From: an uncultured Verrucomicrobiae bacterium | GTDB lineage: Bacteria; Verrucomicrobiota; Verrucomicrobiia; Chthoniobacterales; JAFAMB01 | DNA: 64,000 nucleotides | NCBI GenBank assembly: GCA_963762565.1 | Contig: CAVXLD010000012.1 | Location: 384,001-448,000 of the forward strand | Direction: 5' to 3' | Part shown: positions 51,293 through 60,880 of the stretch, piece by piece | How positions within the stretch are numbered: the first letter of the stretch is position 1 | How the letters are laid out: each line of letters begins with the position of its first letter | Made by a program: the position numbers and the translations under genes | The notes under the pieces: model-generated | The model's input: only the letters and a program-made list of their open reading frames with translations | What the model was told of the DNA's origin: nothing | Databases searched by the model: none

Positions 51293-52653
51293 GAATCTTT
51301 GCCCGGAAAAGTGTTAATCCGACTCTCAGGGGAACGACAAGCGGCTGCCAGTATCGCCTGAAAGAGGTTAACTAGGTTTTCAATTTCTGCCAGTGGGAAC
51401 AGGTCGGGCCGGAAGAGCCACACTACCTCGAGTCCTTCATCTATCACGGTGATTTCGCAGCCGAGGTGGAATCTGGCGGTACCGGTGGACCGCATGCTAA
51501 GGGACGCAGATAATCCGTGGAGTGCCACGTCCGGCATCGGATGGTTCTGCAATGCGAAACGCACTTCGAAGATCGGGTTATGTCCCGCCCTTGGAGTTTC
51601 CCCCATAGCCGTCACCAGCTCGACAAAAGGCATGGCTTTGGCGAAACATTCCACAGTTCCTTCATGCACTTTTTTGAGATGATCCGAAAAGACCCGGTCA
51701 GGCTCTACCTGCCCGCGAATAGGAACAATACCTGCGCAGTATCCCATCGTTTCCCGGACCGCCTGGGTGCTTCGGTTAGCGACGGGCGTACCCACGAGTA
51801 CATCAGCCTCGCCTGTCCATTTAGAAAGCGCGATCTGGAACGCGGATAGCAGAGTGCTAAAAAGCGTTGCGCCGGTTATGCGAGCAAGTTCCCGCACCGC
51901 ATTGGCGAGATCGATCGGAAAATAAAAGACGCGCCGCTCCGCAGGTCCCGAGGCGGTCATTGATCCTTCAAAGGAACTCCAAAGTCTCCGGGTTCCAGCC
52001 AGATAAGATCTCCAGAACGGCGCGCGGCGTTCTATTTCAGCCGGCTGCCAATAAGAGCGTTCGGCTGTGCCCCAAGCGCTGTACGTTAACGCTACTTCCG
52101 GGAGTCGCTCCCGCGGAGAGAGGATGCCGGTTAAGTAGGCGGCGCACAAATCCTCAACGAATACCCCCAAACTCCAGCCGTCCGCGACAGCATGATGAAT
52201 AGCCAGAACCAAGACATGAGTATCCTGGCTTAGCCGCAGAACTTCCACTCGATAGAGCGGCCCTCGCACGAGCTCGAACGGCGTACGGAAAACTTCCATG
52301 GCTGCCTCTTCGACCACTTCGTCGCGGACTAGCCCGTCGGAAAGGCTCCGGTACCGGAGATTAACATCCGCGCTCGACCGGATCATCTGGAGCGGGCGCT
52401 CTTTGCCGGGCAGGATCGAAAGCCGCAGGACTTCCTGGCGTTCCATTACCCGGCGGACAGCTGACTCGCAGGTTTCCTGAGTCACCAGGCCTCGCACCCG
52501 GATCAGGCAACAGATATGATTGGCAACGTCCGCAACCGGGACCGGCGATGCTTCCCAGAGCTCTCGTTGCGGAAAGGTCAGAGGCTGCAGTTTCGCTTTT
52601 CCACTGGCCAACCAGTCCTTGAGCGCGGCGCGTTTATCTACAGACACATCCAT
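51289..52653 (-). CDS. Stand-alone NRPS-type condensation domain protein
   Basis: PLTFPQ, RQEVLR, PFELVRGPL, HHAVADGWS (HHxxxDG), GTPVANR and PFVELV. Confidence 0.93.
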   Translation of the reverse strand: MDVSVDKRAALKDWLASGKAKLQPLTFPQRELWEASPVPVADVANHICCLIRVRGLVTQETCESAVRRVMERQEVLRLSILPGKERPLQMIRSSADVNLRYRSLSDGLVRDEVVEEAAMEVFRTPFELVRGPLYRVEVLRLSQDTHVLVLAIHHAVADGWSLGVFVEDLCAAYLTGILSPRERLPEVALTYSAWGTAERSYWQPAEIERRAPFWRSYLAGTRRLWSSFEGSMTASGPAERRVFYFPIDLANAVRELARITGATLFSTLLSAFQIALSKWTGEADVLVGTPVANRSTQAVRETMGYCAGIVPIRGQVEPDRVFSDHLKKVHEGTVECFAKAMPFVELVTAMGETPRAGHNPIFEVRFALQNHPMPDVALHGLSASLSMRSTGTARFHLGCEITVIDEGLEVVWLFRPDLFPLAEIENLVNLFQAILAAACRSPESRINTFPGKDS

Positions 52654-52655
52654 TG

Positions 52656-55600
52656 CTAATGAACGACATCTCTTGAATCCGAAAGTTTCTCTTCGGTGGT
52701 GTCTTCTCCTAGCAAGCCCGCAATTTCCTCATCAGATAGCGCAGTCAAATCGACTTCCTCGCTGAGCGTTTGCCCGGCCTCGCCTCGAGCGGCCGCTTTT
52801 TTCGCCGGCGTCCCGCCGCTTCGTTTTGCGCCCATGTATTCTGCGATCAGCGTGACGATTTGGCCGATCGTGCGCGCTCGAGTCAGGCTGGCCGGCGGTA
52901 GCGACACTCCCAGGGAGGCATCAAGCGTATTCTCGATCTCAACTCCCATTAACGAATCGAGCCCTAGATCCGTTAACGGCTGATCATCACGCAACGTCTC
53001 CGGTTTCACCCGCAGGACGGACGCGACGGCGTCGCGCACTGCTTGCCCGACGATGCCTTCCACTTCATCCGGCGCTGCTGATTCGATCCTTTGGCGATAA
53101 TCGCTGACCTTACCGGGGCTGTCGTTCCCTTCGATGGCCGAGAAAATACGTTCGAGTAACGGTCTTTCCTGCATGCTGCGGAAGACCTGGCGCCATTTCA
53201 CCCAATCAATCCGGATCGCCATCACTTGATCGGCATTCGCCATGAGCGAAGACTCCATCAGGTCAACCACCTCATGGGGCGAAAGTTCACCGGTTCCTTG
53301 TCTGGCGAGAAACTCAGCCACCCTTTCATTGCGGGCCACGTAACCCTCGCCACCAAGTGCTCCCCAGTTGATCACGAGAGCTGGTAAACCCAGTGCCCGG
53401 CGATGATGCGCCAAGGAATCAAGGAAAGCATTGGCCGCAGCATAATTGCCCTGCGCCGGATTTCCAAAAATGCTCGAGACAGAGGAGAACATCACAAAGC
53501 AATCGAGTTCGAGGTCACGCGTTGCTTGATGGAGTAACCAGGCTCCCCGTGCTTTAGGGGCAAGCACGCTCCGCATCCGGTCGCTGGTCAGCGCCGCTAG
53601 CGGGGCGTCGTCGATCACCATGGCCAAGTGGAAAACGCCTTTTAACGGACGATTGGCTGTCCGGACCGTCGCCATCAGCCGAGTCACGTCTTCTTCAGAT
53701 CCGGCATCCGCGCGGATCGCGGTGACGGAAACACCTCGCTCGCGAAGCCGATCCACGAACCCTTTCGCTTCCGGAGTTTCTGCGCCGCTCCGGCTGACCA
53801 GTACCAGGTCTCCTGCACCGGCTTCTACTAACCATTGGGCAACGACTTTACCGAATCCTCCGAATGCCCCCGTGATCAAATAGCTGCCCTGCGTATCGAC
53901 ATGAAATCCTGCGGTCAGCGGTTCTCCTCGTCGGGGAAGGAAGGCTTCGGGGAATGTGACCAGCACTTTGCCGATATGCTTGCCCTGAGCCATCAACCGG
54001 AAACCTGCGTCAACCCGAGCCGCCGGATAAGATCGGTATGGTAGCGGTCTAAGAGAGCCGCGCTCGATGAGATCGGAAATCTCTTCCAGCATCTGCCGGG
54101 TCAAAGATTCATCACCGGAAAATACCGCATCCATGGCCACCACATGAAAAGATGCATTCCGGCGGAGCGGCCAAAGGGGGATACGTGCGTTCTGATAGAT
54201 ATCTCGCTTCCCGATCTCGATAAATCGGCCGAACTCCGTCAGACACGAAAGTCCCATTGGAATCGCTTCGGAGGCAAGTGCATTCAGTACGACATCAACT
54301 CCGCGCCGTCCGGTGATCTGCATGACCGCATCCGCAAAATCGCCGCGACGGGAATCAATGACGTGCTTAACGCCCAATCGCTCGAGCAAGTTTCGCTTAG
54401 TTTGGCTGCCCGCCGTGGCGATTACTTTTGCTCCCAGGTAATGGGCGATCTGAATCGCCGCCATCCCAACACCGCCGGCGCCAGCGTGAACCAGGATAGA
54501 TTCTCCCGGCCGCATGCGGGCCACATTCTGCAACGCGTGCCAAGCCGTCATGAACACGACCGGCAACGTGGCGGCCTCTTCAAACGATAATTCACCGGGA
54601 ATGCGGCGCACATCGCCACCTCGGGCTAAGGTGTGGGTAGAGAGCCCAAACACTGAAAGGCCGAAGACGCGGTCACCAGGCGCAACATGATCGACGCCGG
54701 ATCCCACCGCTTTCACAATCCCGGCAACTTCGTCCCCAAAGAGCCGTGCGTCCGGCGCCTCCATCGGATACAAAGCGAGGGCTTTTAATACATCCCGGAA
54801 ATTCAGGCCGGCTGCTTTAACTTCGATGAGCACTTGGCCCGGGCCGCAATCCGGTGCGACAAAGGGTTTGAAACCGAGGGTATCAAGATGCCCGCGTTCG
54901 CGGGACTCGAGTCGCAGAGGAACTGCCGGATCGAGCCGCTCGTCAACCGACGAGCGACCGCGAACGATGCGCTGAACGTACCTGGCTTGGCCCCTGAATG
55001 CGACTTCTCGTTCCCCGTCAGTCCGCATCAATTCTTGCCAGAGGAAAGAAAAGTCAGAGGGTGACGGCTCAAATCCGAGATCGATGCCGCGGCCGGAGAA
55101 GTTCGAGTACTCATTGAGGACTACGCGGAAGAGACCAAGCAGGGGAGCTTGAGCAACATTGGGAGGGATTTCCGCCCAGCCGGCCGGCTGTGCGCCGCGA
55201 GTCACCAGATCGATGCGAAGCTTTCCCGTCGGGCCGACGACGGAGTCCAAAGCTTGGACCAAATGGAGCAACGCGTCTGTCCCCATCAATGCGGGGTCTT
55301 GTTTCGAGTCTCGATTTGCCGGTTCCGTCCAGAGATAAACGATCCGCTCGAGCGGCGCATCCTGGAAGCACTCTTGCAGTACGCTCTTCCAATCCTCAAC
55401 GGACTCGGGAGCAACCGTAAAAACTCCGGTTCCGTTGCCTGGAAAATGGTTGCCGGGTCTAACTACCCTGCAGGTTGTATCCAACTGACGGAGTTGGGTT
55501 GCGAGTAGGTCTCCCAGATCAGACGCGTCGTCGACAATCAGCCACGACTTTTCTGACGGCGCTTCTATCGAACCGTTGGGCCATGCGACCGGCGTCTCAG

Positions 55601-58600
55601 CAGGTTTCTGCCAGGCCTTCCGCGCGAGCAGACCGATCTGGCCTTCGCCTTCCGGGCCAACCAGACCAGGAAGGGTTATTGTCTCGGCGAATCCGGTTTC
55701 CCGGAGGACACTCTCCCATTGAGAACGGCCCAGCAACGGGTGCTCCTGACGCAAATCGCTATCCGTAAAGCGCCACCATCCTGATGTCAGACCGAAGACG
55801 ACCTCTGTCCATAGTTGCGGGTTGGCGAGGTCCATGAAAGCCAAGCTGCCTCCCGGAGCCAGTAGGCTGTGTAGTTCCCTTAGCTCTGCCCGCAAGTCGC
55901 GGACGGCATGCAACACGTTCGTTCCAATGATGAAGTCGAATGTGCCGGCTTCAAATCCTTGCTCGGCAGCGGGTTTCTCCAGATCGTAAGTCTTAAATTC
56001 CACGTTGTGGAAATTGGCCAGCTTTTGCTTGGCGCCGCCGAAAAACGCCGGAGATACATCCGTGAAAGTGTAGGAATGCAGTTCATGGTCGATCAACGGC
56101 AACACATGAGCTGTTAATCCTCCGGTGCCGGCTCCCACTTCCAGAATTCTGAGCCCACGACCTTCCGGTAAATGGCGCGCTGTTTCCTGGATTGCGGCGG
56201 CAATCGCGCCGAGCCAATGGCTGGCGTAGAGCCCCTCGCAGTAGAAATGATCCAGCAAGTCCACTGCGCTTCCCGCGAATAGTACCTGTACGGCGTCTTT
56301 TTCTCCCCGTAAGATTGGGCCAAGTTCAGCGCAATTGTCCACGCAAAGCAGGCCCTCTGCGGTGTATCCGGGATGTTTAGTTATAAAGGTCCGGAGAGCG
56401 TCGGCGGCGGAATCTGCGGCCCGGGTGAACGCTGTTGTCGGTCGATAGCTGTCTCCATTCTTTTCGAGCCAACCGCGTCTGGCCAGGTTAGCCAGGAAAC
56501 GTTCAAACACGTGGCGCATCGGTTCCGCGACTTGCAAAGATTGGCTCGAGAAATCGACAGCCCCGGTTACAGATGCCATCTTTCGAATGCCATCAGCAAG
56601 CTGTTCCGCTGCCAGCTGATCTTGGTCGATTATCGCCTGGATCATCTGAGATCGGCCTCGCATGGTGAGCACCTCATCCAATGCTGCCTGCGCGGCTTCC
56701 CGCACCCGGCCAAACGGGATTGGCTCTGGCAGAGGCCCCGTCGATCCAACCGGTGTTCGCTCCCAGGTAAGGTGGTAGAGCACGTTGCGGCTAACAGCTT
56801 GCGCTCCTCCTCGATGGCCTCCGGCGATGGCAATTGCCCGGAAACCGTCTACCAGCACACAAGGCTGTCCTTGCTCGTCAAACAGTTCGATCCGGCCTTC
56901 AACGTATTCGTTGCTGCATTGGTGAACCGTGGCCCGTACCCGGGTGTTATCCCCGGGAGATTGAAGGAATAAAATTTTAGAAAATCGGACCGGCAATTTT
57001 AGCCCGGCTTTGCGGTCTTCCTTGGTGGCGGCCGCCGCCGAAAAGACGTGGAGAGCGCCATCGAAAAGTACGGGGTGAAGCGAGTACTCACTTGCCCGGT
57101 CGATAATTCGTTTTGATAAAGCGACCTGTCCTTCAGACCGCCCGTTGCTGGCCGAAAGGGCGCGGATCGGCCGGAACTCTTCCCCATAAGGGAGTCCCAG
57201 ATCGCTCATGTGCCGGTAGAAGTCTTCAATCCCAACCGGGGTTAGATCGGACACCGGGGAAGAATCCCAGGATGCTGTGCCAAAGCTGGTCTCTGTCCGC
57301 TCGCTGCGCATTGAGCCGACCACATGCAGGGACCACGCCGCCCCGTGATGCATTTGGCTCTGAATCGAGAAGGTTCGCTCGTTTGGGTCGTAGGAGAGCT
57401 CAAGCTGAAGCTCAGAAGGGGTATCGGACAGGATCAGCGGTTTCCGAATCTCGAAGTCTTCGACGATAAAGGGTCGTCCATTGAACAGCTGGGTGCCGGC
57501 CTCCAAGATCATCTCAACAAACGCAGCAGCCGGGAAAACGACTAAATTCTCCACCTTGTGATCCCGGAGGAAAGCCAGGTGCCGGCCGTCCAAGCGACTG
57601 ATCCAGGTGGGCGTAGCCCGCGGTAGTTTGACCTCGAGTAATCCGCGGGAGCCTGAGCTCAAGCGGCTTTCTGCCCAATCATTGGATTCGTTCCACCACC
57701 GGTTCTTGTCCCAAGCATACGCTGGGAGTGAGAGTAACCGGCGAGATGGGGTCATGCTGGTAAAGTCCAATCCGACATTGGCTCGGTGCAGGCTCATCCC
57801 AGTCTCGAGCAGTGATTCGTGTTCGCGCTCTCGCCGGATCGAAGAAAATACCGTGGTCTTGGTTCCGTTGCGTCCAGCCAGACAATCTTGAATTGACCGA
57901 ACGAGGGCGGGTTGCGCGCTAAGTTCGAGCCAAACGTCGATCCCCGTCTCGCTTACGGCGTCGACGGCGGATGCAAATTGAACCGGCTGCCGTACGCCGC
58001 GTCCCCAGTGTTCAGCGACACAATCCGTTCCAGCGCATTTCTGACCGGTGACCGTGCTGAAGAAAGGTACCTTCTCCGGATGCGGAACCAGATCAGCCAA
58101 CGCCGCCTCCAACTCTTCGGATGCAGGCCTCATCAACGGATGATGAAAAGGATGGTCCACCCGGACGAAGCGGGCGAATACCTCATCGGCCTCGAGTTCC
58201 GTCGCGATCGCTTCCAAAGAAAGCTTTGGTCCGGCTAGGGTGAGCGAGTTAGGACCGTTAAAGGCCGCGATAGTGATGGTGCGATCATATTGCGCCAGCC
58301 GAGCCCGAGCGGCCTCTTCATTTAAACCGACGGCCAACATCGTACCCTGTCCGCGGGCGCAGTCATCCATGAAGCGAGCTCGTAACACGATTATCCGAGC
58401 TGCTTCTTCAAAGGTGAGGACGCCGGCCACGAATGCAGCCGCGATTTCACCCACGCTGTGACCCACCACAGCCGCGGGCTCAATTCCCCAGGATTTCCAC
58501 ATTTCTGCCAGAGCCACCTGAATGGCGAAGATGGCCGGTTGAGCCACCTCTGTCCGCGCCATTTGCGTCTCTTCCTCCGAGCGGCTGAGCTCTTCGATCA

Positions 58601-60356
58601 GTGAAAATCGGCTATACGGCCGCATGGCGGCATCGCAACGCTCAATGGTTTGGCGAAATAGGGGCTCATACTGCATGAGCTCGCGGCCCATGCCCCACCA
58701 TTGCGGCCCTTGCCCGCTCATCACGAAAGCCACCCGTGGGCTCTGGGTTGGTCGAGGGGCAAACGTGGTTTGGATCTTTGGCCCCGGCTGTCCGGTTGCG
58801 TAATTCGTCAGTTCCTGAACGACCTCGACTAGTGACCCGGCCACCAAAGTGAGCCGGTAGGGATGATGATTACGCCGAGTGCCTAATGTGTAGGTCAAAT
58901 CGGGCAGAATAGGAGAGCTGCCGTTAGCAGCCGCGTGTTGCTCGACCCAGGTAGCCATGCGCATGGCATAACCTCGCAGCGATTCTTCTGAGCGGGCCGA
59001 CAACATCACCGGCCAAGCTCGTTCAACCTCGATCTTTTCGTGCTCCGTTTGGCATTCTACCGGGGGCTCGACCAAAAGGACGTGTGCATTTGCGCCACCG
59101 AAGCCGAAAGAATTGACGCCGGCCATTCGGGAACCAGACGTCTCCGGGAACGGCTCCAAGGTTGTGGGTATCCGCAGCTTCAGCGCTGCGAAATCGATGT
59201 TTGGATTTGGTGTATTGAAATGCAGGCTGGCCGGGATACGACCATGTTTCAGCACTAACATCGCTTTCAACAGACCAGCCAGACCGGCAGCGGTCTCCAG
59301 GTGGCCCAGATTCGTCTTTACCGATCCAATCGGTAACGGTTTATCCGCAGGGCGATCCTGGCAAAGGGCCTTCGAAAGGGCATACGCTTCAATCGGGTCA
59401 CCGACCGCCGTGCCGGTTCCATGAGCTTCAACGAACCCGATCTCAGAAGGAGAAATCCCAGCGTTTACACACGCCTCTGAGACGAGTCGGGCCTGCGCTT
59501 CAGCACTGGGAAGCGAGATCCCATTCGTATGACCATCCTGGTTGAGTGCGGTGCCGATAATGATCCCTTGGATGGGGTCGCCATCCTCGATCGCTCGAGA
59601 GAGCCTTTTGAGCAGTACCATGCCGGCTCCTTCGCCACGGACGAAGCCATTGGCCGCAGCGTCGAACGCTTTGCATTTCCCTTCCGGCGAGAGCATTGAA
59701 GCTTGCGAAAATCCGATGAACCCGCCGGGAGTAATGATCACCGTGACCCCCCCGGCCAGCGCTGTATCGCCGCGGCCCGCGCGAATGTGTTCGCACGCCA
59801 TATGAACAGCCGTTAATGCGGACGAACAGGCCGTATCCATCGCCACGCTCGGCCCTTGCAAATTTAGGCAATAGGAAATTCGGTTAGCGGCGATGCTGTG
59901 GGCGGTGCCCGTCGGCGAATGGGGTCCGATCCCAGAATGGTCGAAAGCGGTACTCTGAATTCCCTGATATTCGTTGTGCGAAATACCGACGAAAACGCCG
60001 ATGTCGGTTCCGCGCTCAAAATCGAGCACCACGCCTGCGTCTTCGATTGCTTCCCAAGCCGTCTCCAGGAGTAACCGATGTTGCGGGTCGACATAGGGAG
60101 CTTCCCGTGGCGAGATGCCAAAAAACTGTGGATCGAATTGGTCGATGTTCTCCAGAAACCCGGCCCGCTTGGCTATCGATTTTCCAGGGAGTCCAGGTTC
60201 CGCGTCGAAAAAGCGTTCTATGTTCCAACGGTCCGGCGGGACGTCAGTTACGGCTTCGCGTGCCTCGACCAGCAGTTTCCAAAATGACTGAACGTCATTT
60301 ACTCCGCCGGGGAATCGGCATCCGATGCCAATAATTGCGATAGGATCTTTCGACAT
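52656..60356 (-). CDS. Single-module highly reducing type I PKS: KS-AT-DH-cMT-ER-KR-ACP
   Basis: KS DTACSS/HGTGT/NLGH; AT GHSVG and HPFH; DH HKVENLVVFP and DGALH; cMT ILEVGAGTG and NVLH; ER HAGAGGVG; KR TGAFGGFG, IDD and NYAAAN; ACP LGLDSL. No TE domain. Confidence 0.96.
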   Translation of the reverse strand: MSKDPIAIIGIGCRFPGGVNDVQSFWKLLVEAREAVTDVPPDRWNIERFFDAEPGLPGKSIAKRAGFLENIDQFDPQFFGISPREAPYVDPQHRLLLETAWEAIEDAGVVLDFERGTDIGVFVGISHNEYQGIQSTAFDHSGIGPHSPTGTAHSIAANRISYCLNLQGPSVAMDTACSSALTAVHMACEHIRAGRGDTALAGGVTVIITPGGFIGFSQASMLSPEGKCKAFDAAANGFVRGEGAGMVLLKRLSRAIEDGDPIQGIIIGTALNQDGHTNGISLPSAEAQARLVSEACVNAGISPSEIGFVEAHGTGTAVGDPIEAYALSKALCQDRPADKPLPIGSVKTNLGHLETAAGLAGLLKAMLVLKHGRIPASLHFNTPNPNIDFAALKLRIPTTLEPFPETSGSRMAGVNSFGFGGANAHVLLVEPPVECQTEHEKIEVERAWPVMLSARSEESLRGYAMRMATWVEQHAAANGSSPILPDLTYTLGTRRNHHPYRLTLVAGSLVEVVQELTNYATGQPGPKIQTTFAPRPTQSPRVAFVMSGQGPQWWGMGRELMQYEPLFRQTIERCDAAMRPYSRFSLIEELSRSEEETQMARTEVAQPAIFAIQVALAEMWKSWGIEPAAVVGHSVGEIAAAFVAGVLTFEEAARIIVLRARFMDDCARGQGTMLAVGLNEEAARARLAQYDRTITIAAFNGPNSLTLAGPKLSLEAIATELEADEVFARFVRVDHPFHHPLMRPASEELEAALADLVPHPEKVPFFSTVTGQKCAGTDCVAEHWGRGVRQPVQFASAVDAVSETGIDVWLELSAQPALVRSIQDCLAGRNGTKTTVFSSIRREREHESLLETGMSLHRANVGLDFTSMTPSRRLLSLPAYAWDKNRWWNESNDWAESRLSSGSRGLLEVKLPRATPTWISRLDGRHLAFLRDHKVENLVVFPAAAFVEMILEAGTQLFNGRPFIVEDFEIRKPLILSDTPSELQLELSYDPNERTFSIQSQMHHGAAWSLHVVGSMRSERTETSFGTASWDSSPVSDLTPVGIEDFYRHMSDLGLPYGEEFRPIRALSASNGRSEGQVALSKRIIDRASEYSLHPVLFDGALHVFSAAAATKEDRKAGLKLPVRFSKILFLQSPGDNTRVRATVHQCSNEYVEGRIELFDEQGQPCVLVDGFRAIAIAGGHRGGAQAVSRNVLYHLTWERTPVGSTGPLPEPIPFGRVREAAQAALDEVLTMRGRSQMIQAIIDQDQLAAEQLADGIRKMASVTGAVDFSSQSLQVAEPMRHVFERFLANLARRGWLEKNGDSYRPTTAFTRAADSAADALRTFITKHPGYTAEGLLCVDNCAELGPILRGEKDAVQVLFAGSAVDLLDHFYCEGLYASHWLGAIAAAIQETARHLPEGRGLRILEVGAGTGGLTAHVLPLIDHELHSYTFTDVSPAFFGGAKQKLANFHNVEFKTYDLEKPAAEQGFEAGTFDFIIGTNVLHAVRDLRAELRELHSLLAPGGSLAFMDLANPQLWTEVVFGLTSGWWRFTDSDLRQEHPLLGRSQWESVLRETGFAETITLPGLVGPEGEGQIGLLARKAWQKPAETPVAWPNGSIEAPSEKSWLIVDDASDLGDLLATQLRQLDTTCRVVRPGNHFPGNGTGVFTVAPESVEDWKSVLQECFQDAPLERIVYLWTEPANRDSKQDPALMGTDALLHLVQALDSVVGPTGKLRIDLVTRGAQPAGWAEIPPNVAQAPLLGLFRVVLNEYSNFSGRGIDLGFEPSPSDFSFLWQELMRTDGEREVAFRGQARYVQRIVRGRSSVDERLDPAVPLRLESRERGHLDTLGFKPFVAPDCGPGQVLIEVKAAGLNFRDVLKALALYPMEAPDARLFGDEVAGIVKAVGSGVDHVAPGDRVFGLSVFGLSTHTLARGGDVRRIPGELSFEEAATLPVVFMTAWHALQNVARMRPGESILVHAGAGGVGMAAIQIAHYLGAKVIATAGSQTKRNLLERLGVKHVIDSRRGDFADAVMQITGRRGVDVVLNALASEAIPMGLSCLTEFGRFIEIGKRDIYQNARIPLWPLRRNASFHVVAMDAVFSGDESLTRQMLEEISDLIERGSLRPLPYRSYPAARVDAGFRLMAQGKHIGKVLVTFPEAFLPRRGEPLTAGFHVDTQGSYLITGAFGGFGKVVAQWLVEAGAGDLVLVSRSGAETPEAKGFVDRLRERGVSVTAIRADAGSEEDVTRLMATVRTANRPLKGVFHLAMVIDDAPLAALTSDRMRSVLAPKARGAWLLHQATRDLELDCFVMFSSVSSIFGNPAQGNYAAANAFLDSLAHHRRALGLPALVINWGALGGEGYVARNERVAEFLARQGTGELSPHEVVDLMESSLMANADQVMAIRIDWVKWRQVFRSMQERPLLERIFSAIEGNDSPGKVSDYRQRIESAAPDEVEGIVGQAVRDAVASVLRVKPETLRDDQPLTDLGLDSLMGVEIENTLDASLGVSLPPASLTRARTIGQIVTLIAEYMGAKRSGGTPAKKAAARGEAGQTLSEEVDLTALSDEEIAGLLGEDTTEEKLSDSRDVVH

Positions 60357-60589
60357 AATTAAGTGGGTCGCGGGCCGACTGTGCGCAGAGAGCTCCAGCG
60401 TACAGATTTCGTTTCAGCGAAGTCAATGGTGTGGTGGATTGGGTTCACTTTGCCAAACAAGAGCAAAAAGAGAACACCACATTTCGATTTCGCGAACGAA
60501 ATCGAGTTCGGATTGATTAACTATTTGTTTTTTTGACGTTTCCATTGCAGCCTGCATTCAAATTCGCCACGTAAACCTGGCTGAAGGCC

Positions 60590-60786
60590 GTGGCGCTGCC
60601 TCGCTTGCGTGGCCGTGGTAAGCAAGGAAAATTGTTTAGTCAATCCTTATCGCTGCAGCGCTCTATCTCGCGACCTCGTCCATCTTTATAAACAAAAGCG
60701 ACGGCCTGACCAAGCGACTTCCACACCGATATCCTTGCGAACCACGGCCTCGCAAGCGAGGCAGCGCTCCACGGGTGGCGACCCCC
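60590..60786. repeat. Family A element in the PKS/asnB divergent region
   Basis: GCCTCGCTTGCG..GCCGTGGTAAGCAAGG ... ACCACGGCCTCGCAAGCGAGGC..CCACGGGTGGCGACCCC. Confidence 0.85.
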
Positions 60787-60880
60787 TTAGGCCCTCCGCG
60801 GACAAATCAGCTAATAGCACGAGATGCGAATTGGAAACAAATGTTTGACCGGTCCCCGATAGGCGCTGAGCCTTAATAAG

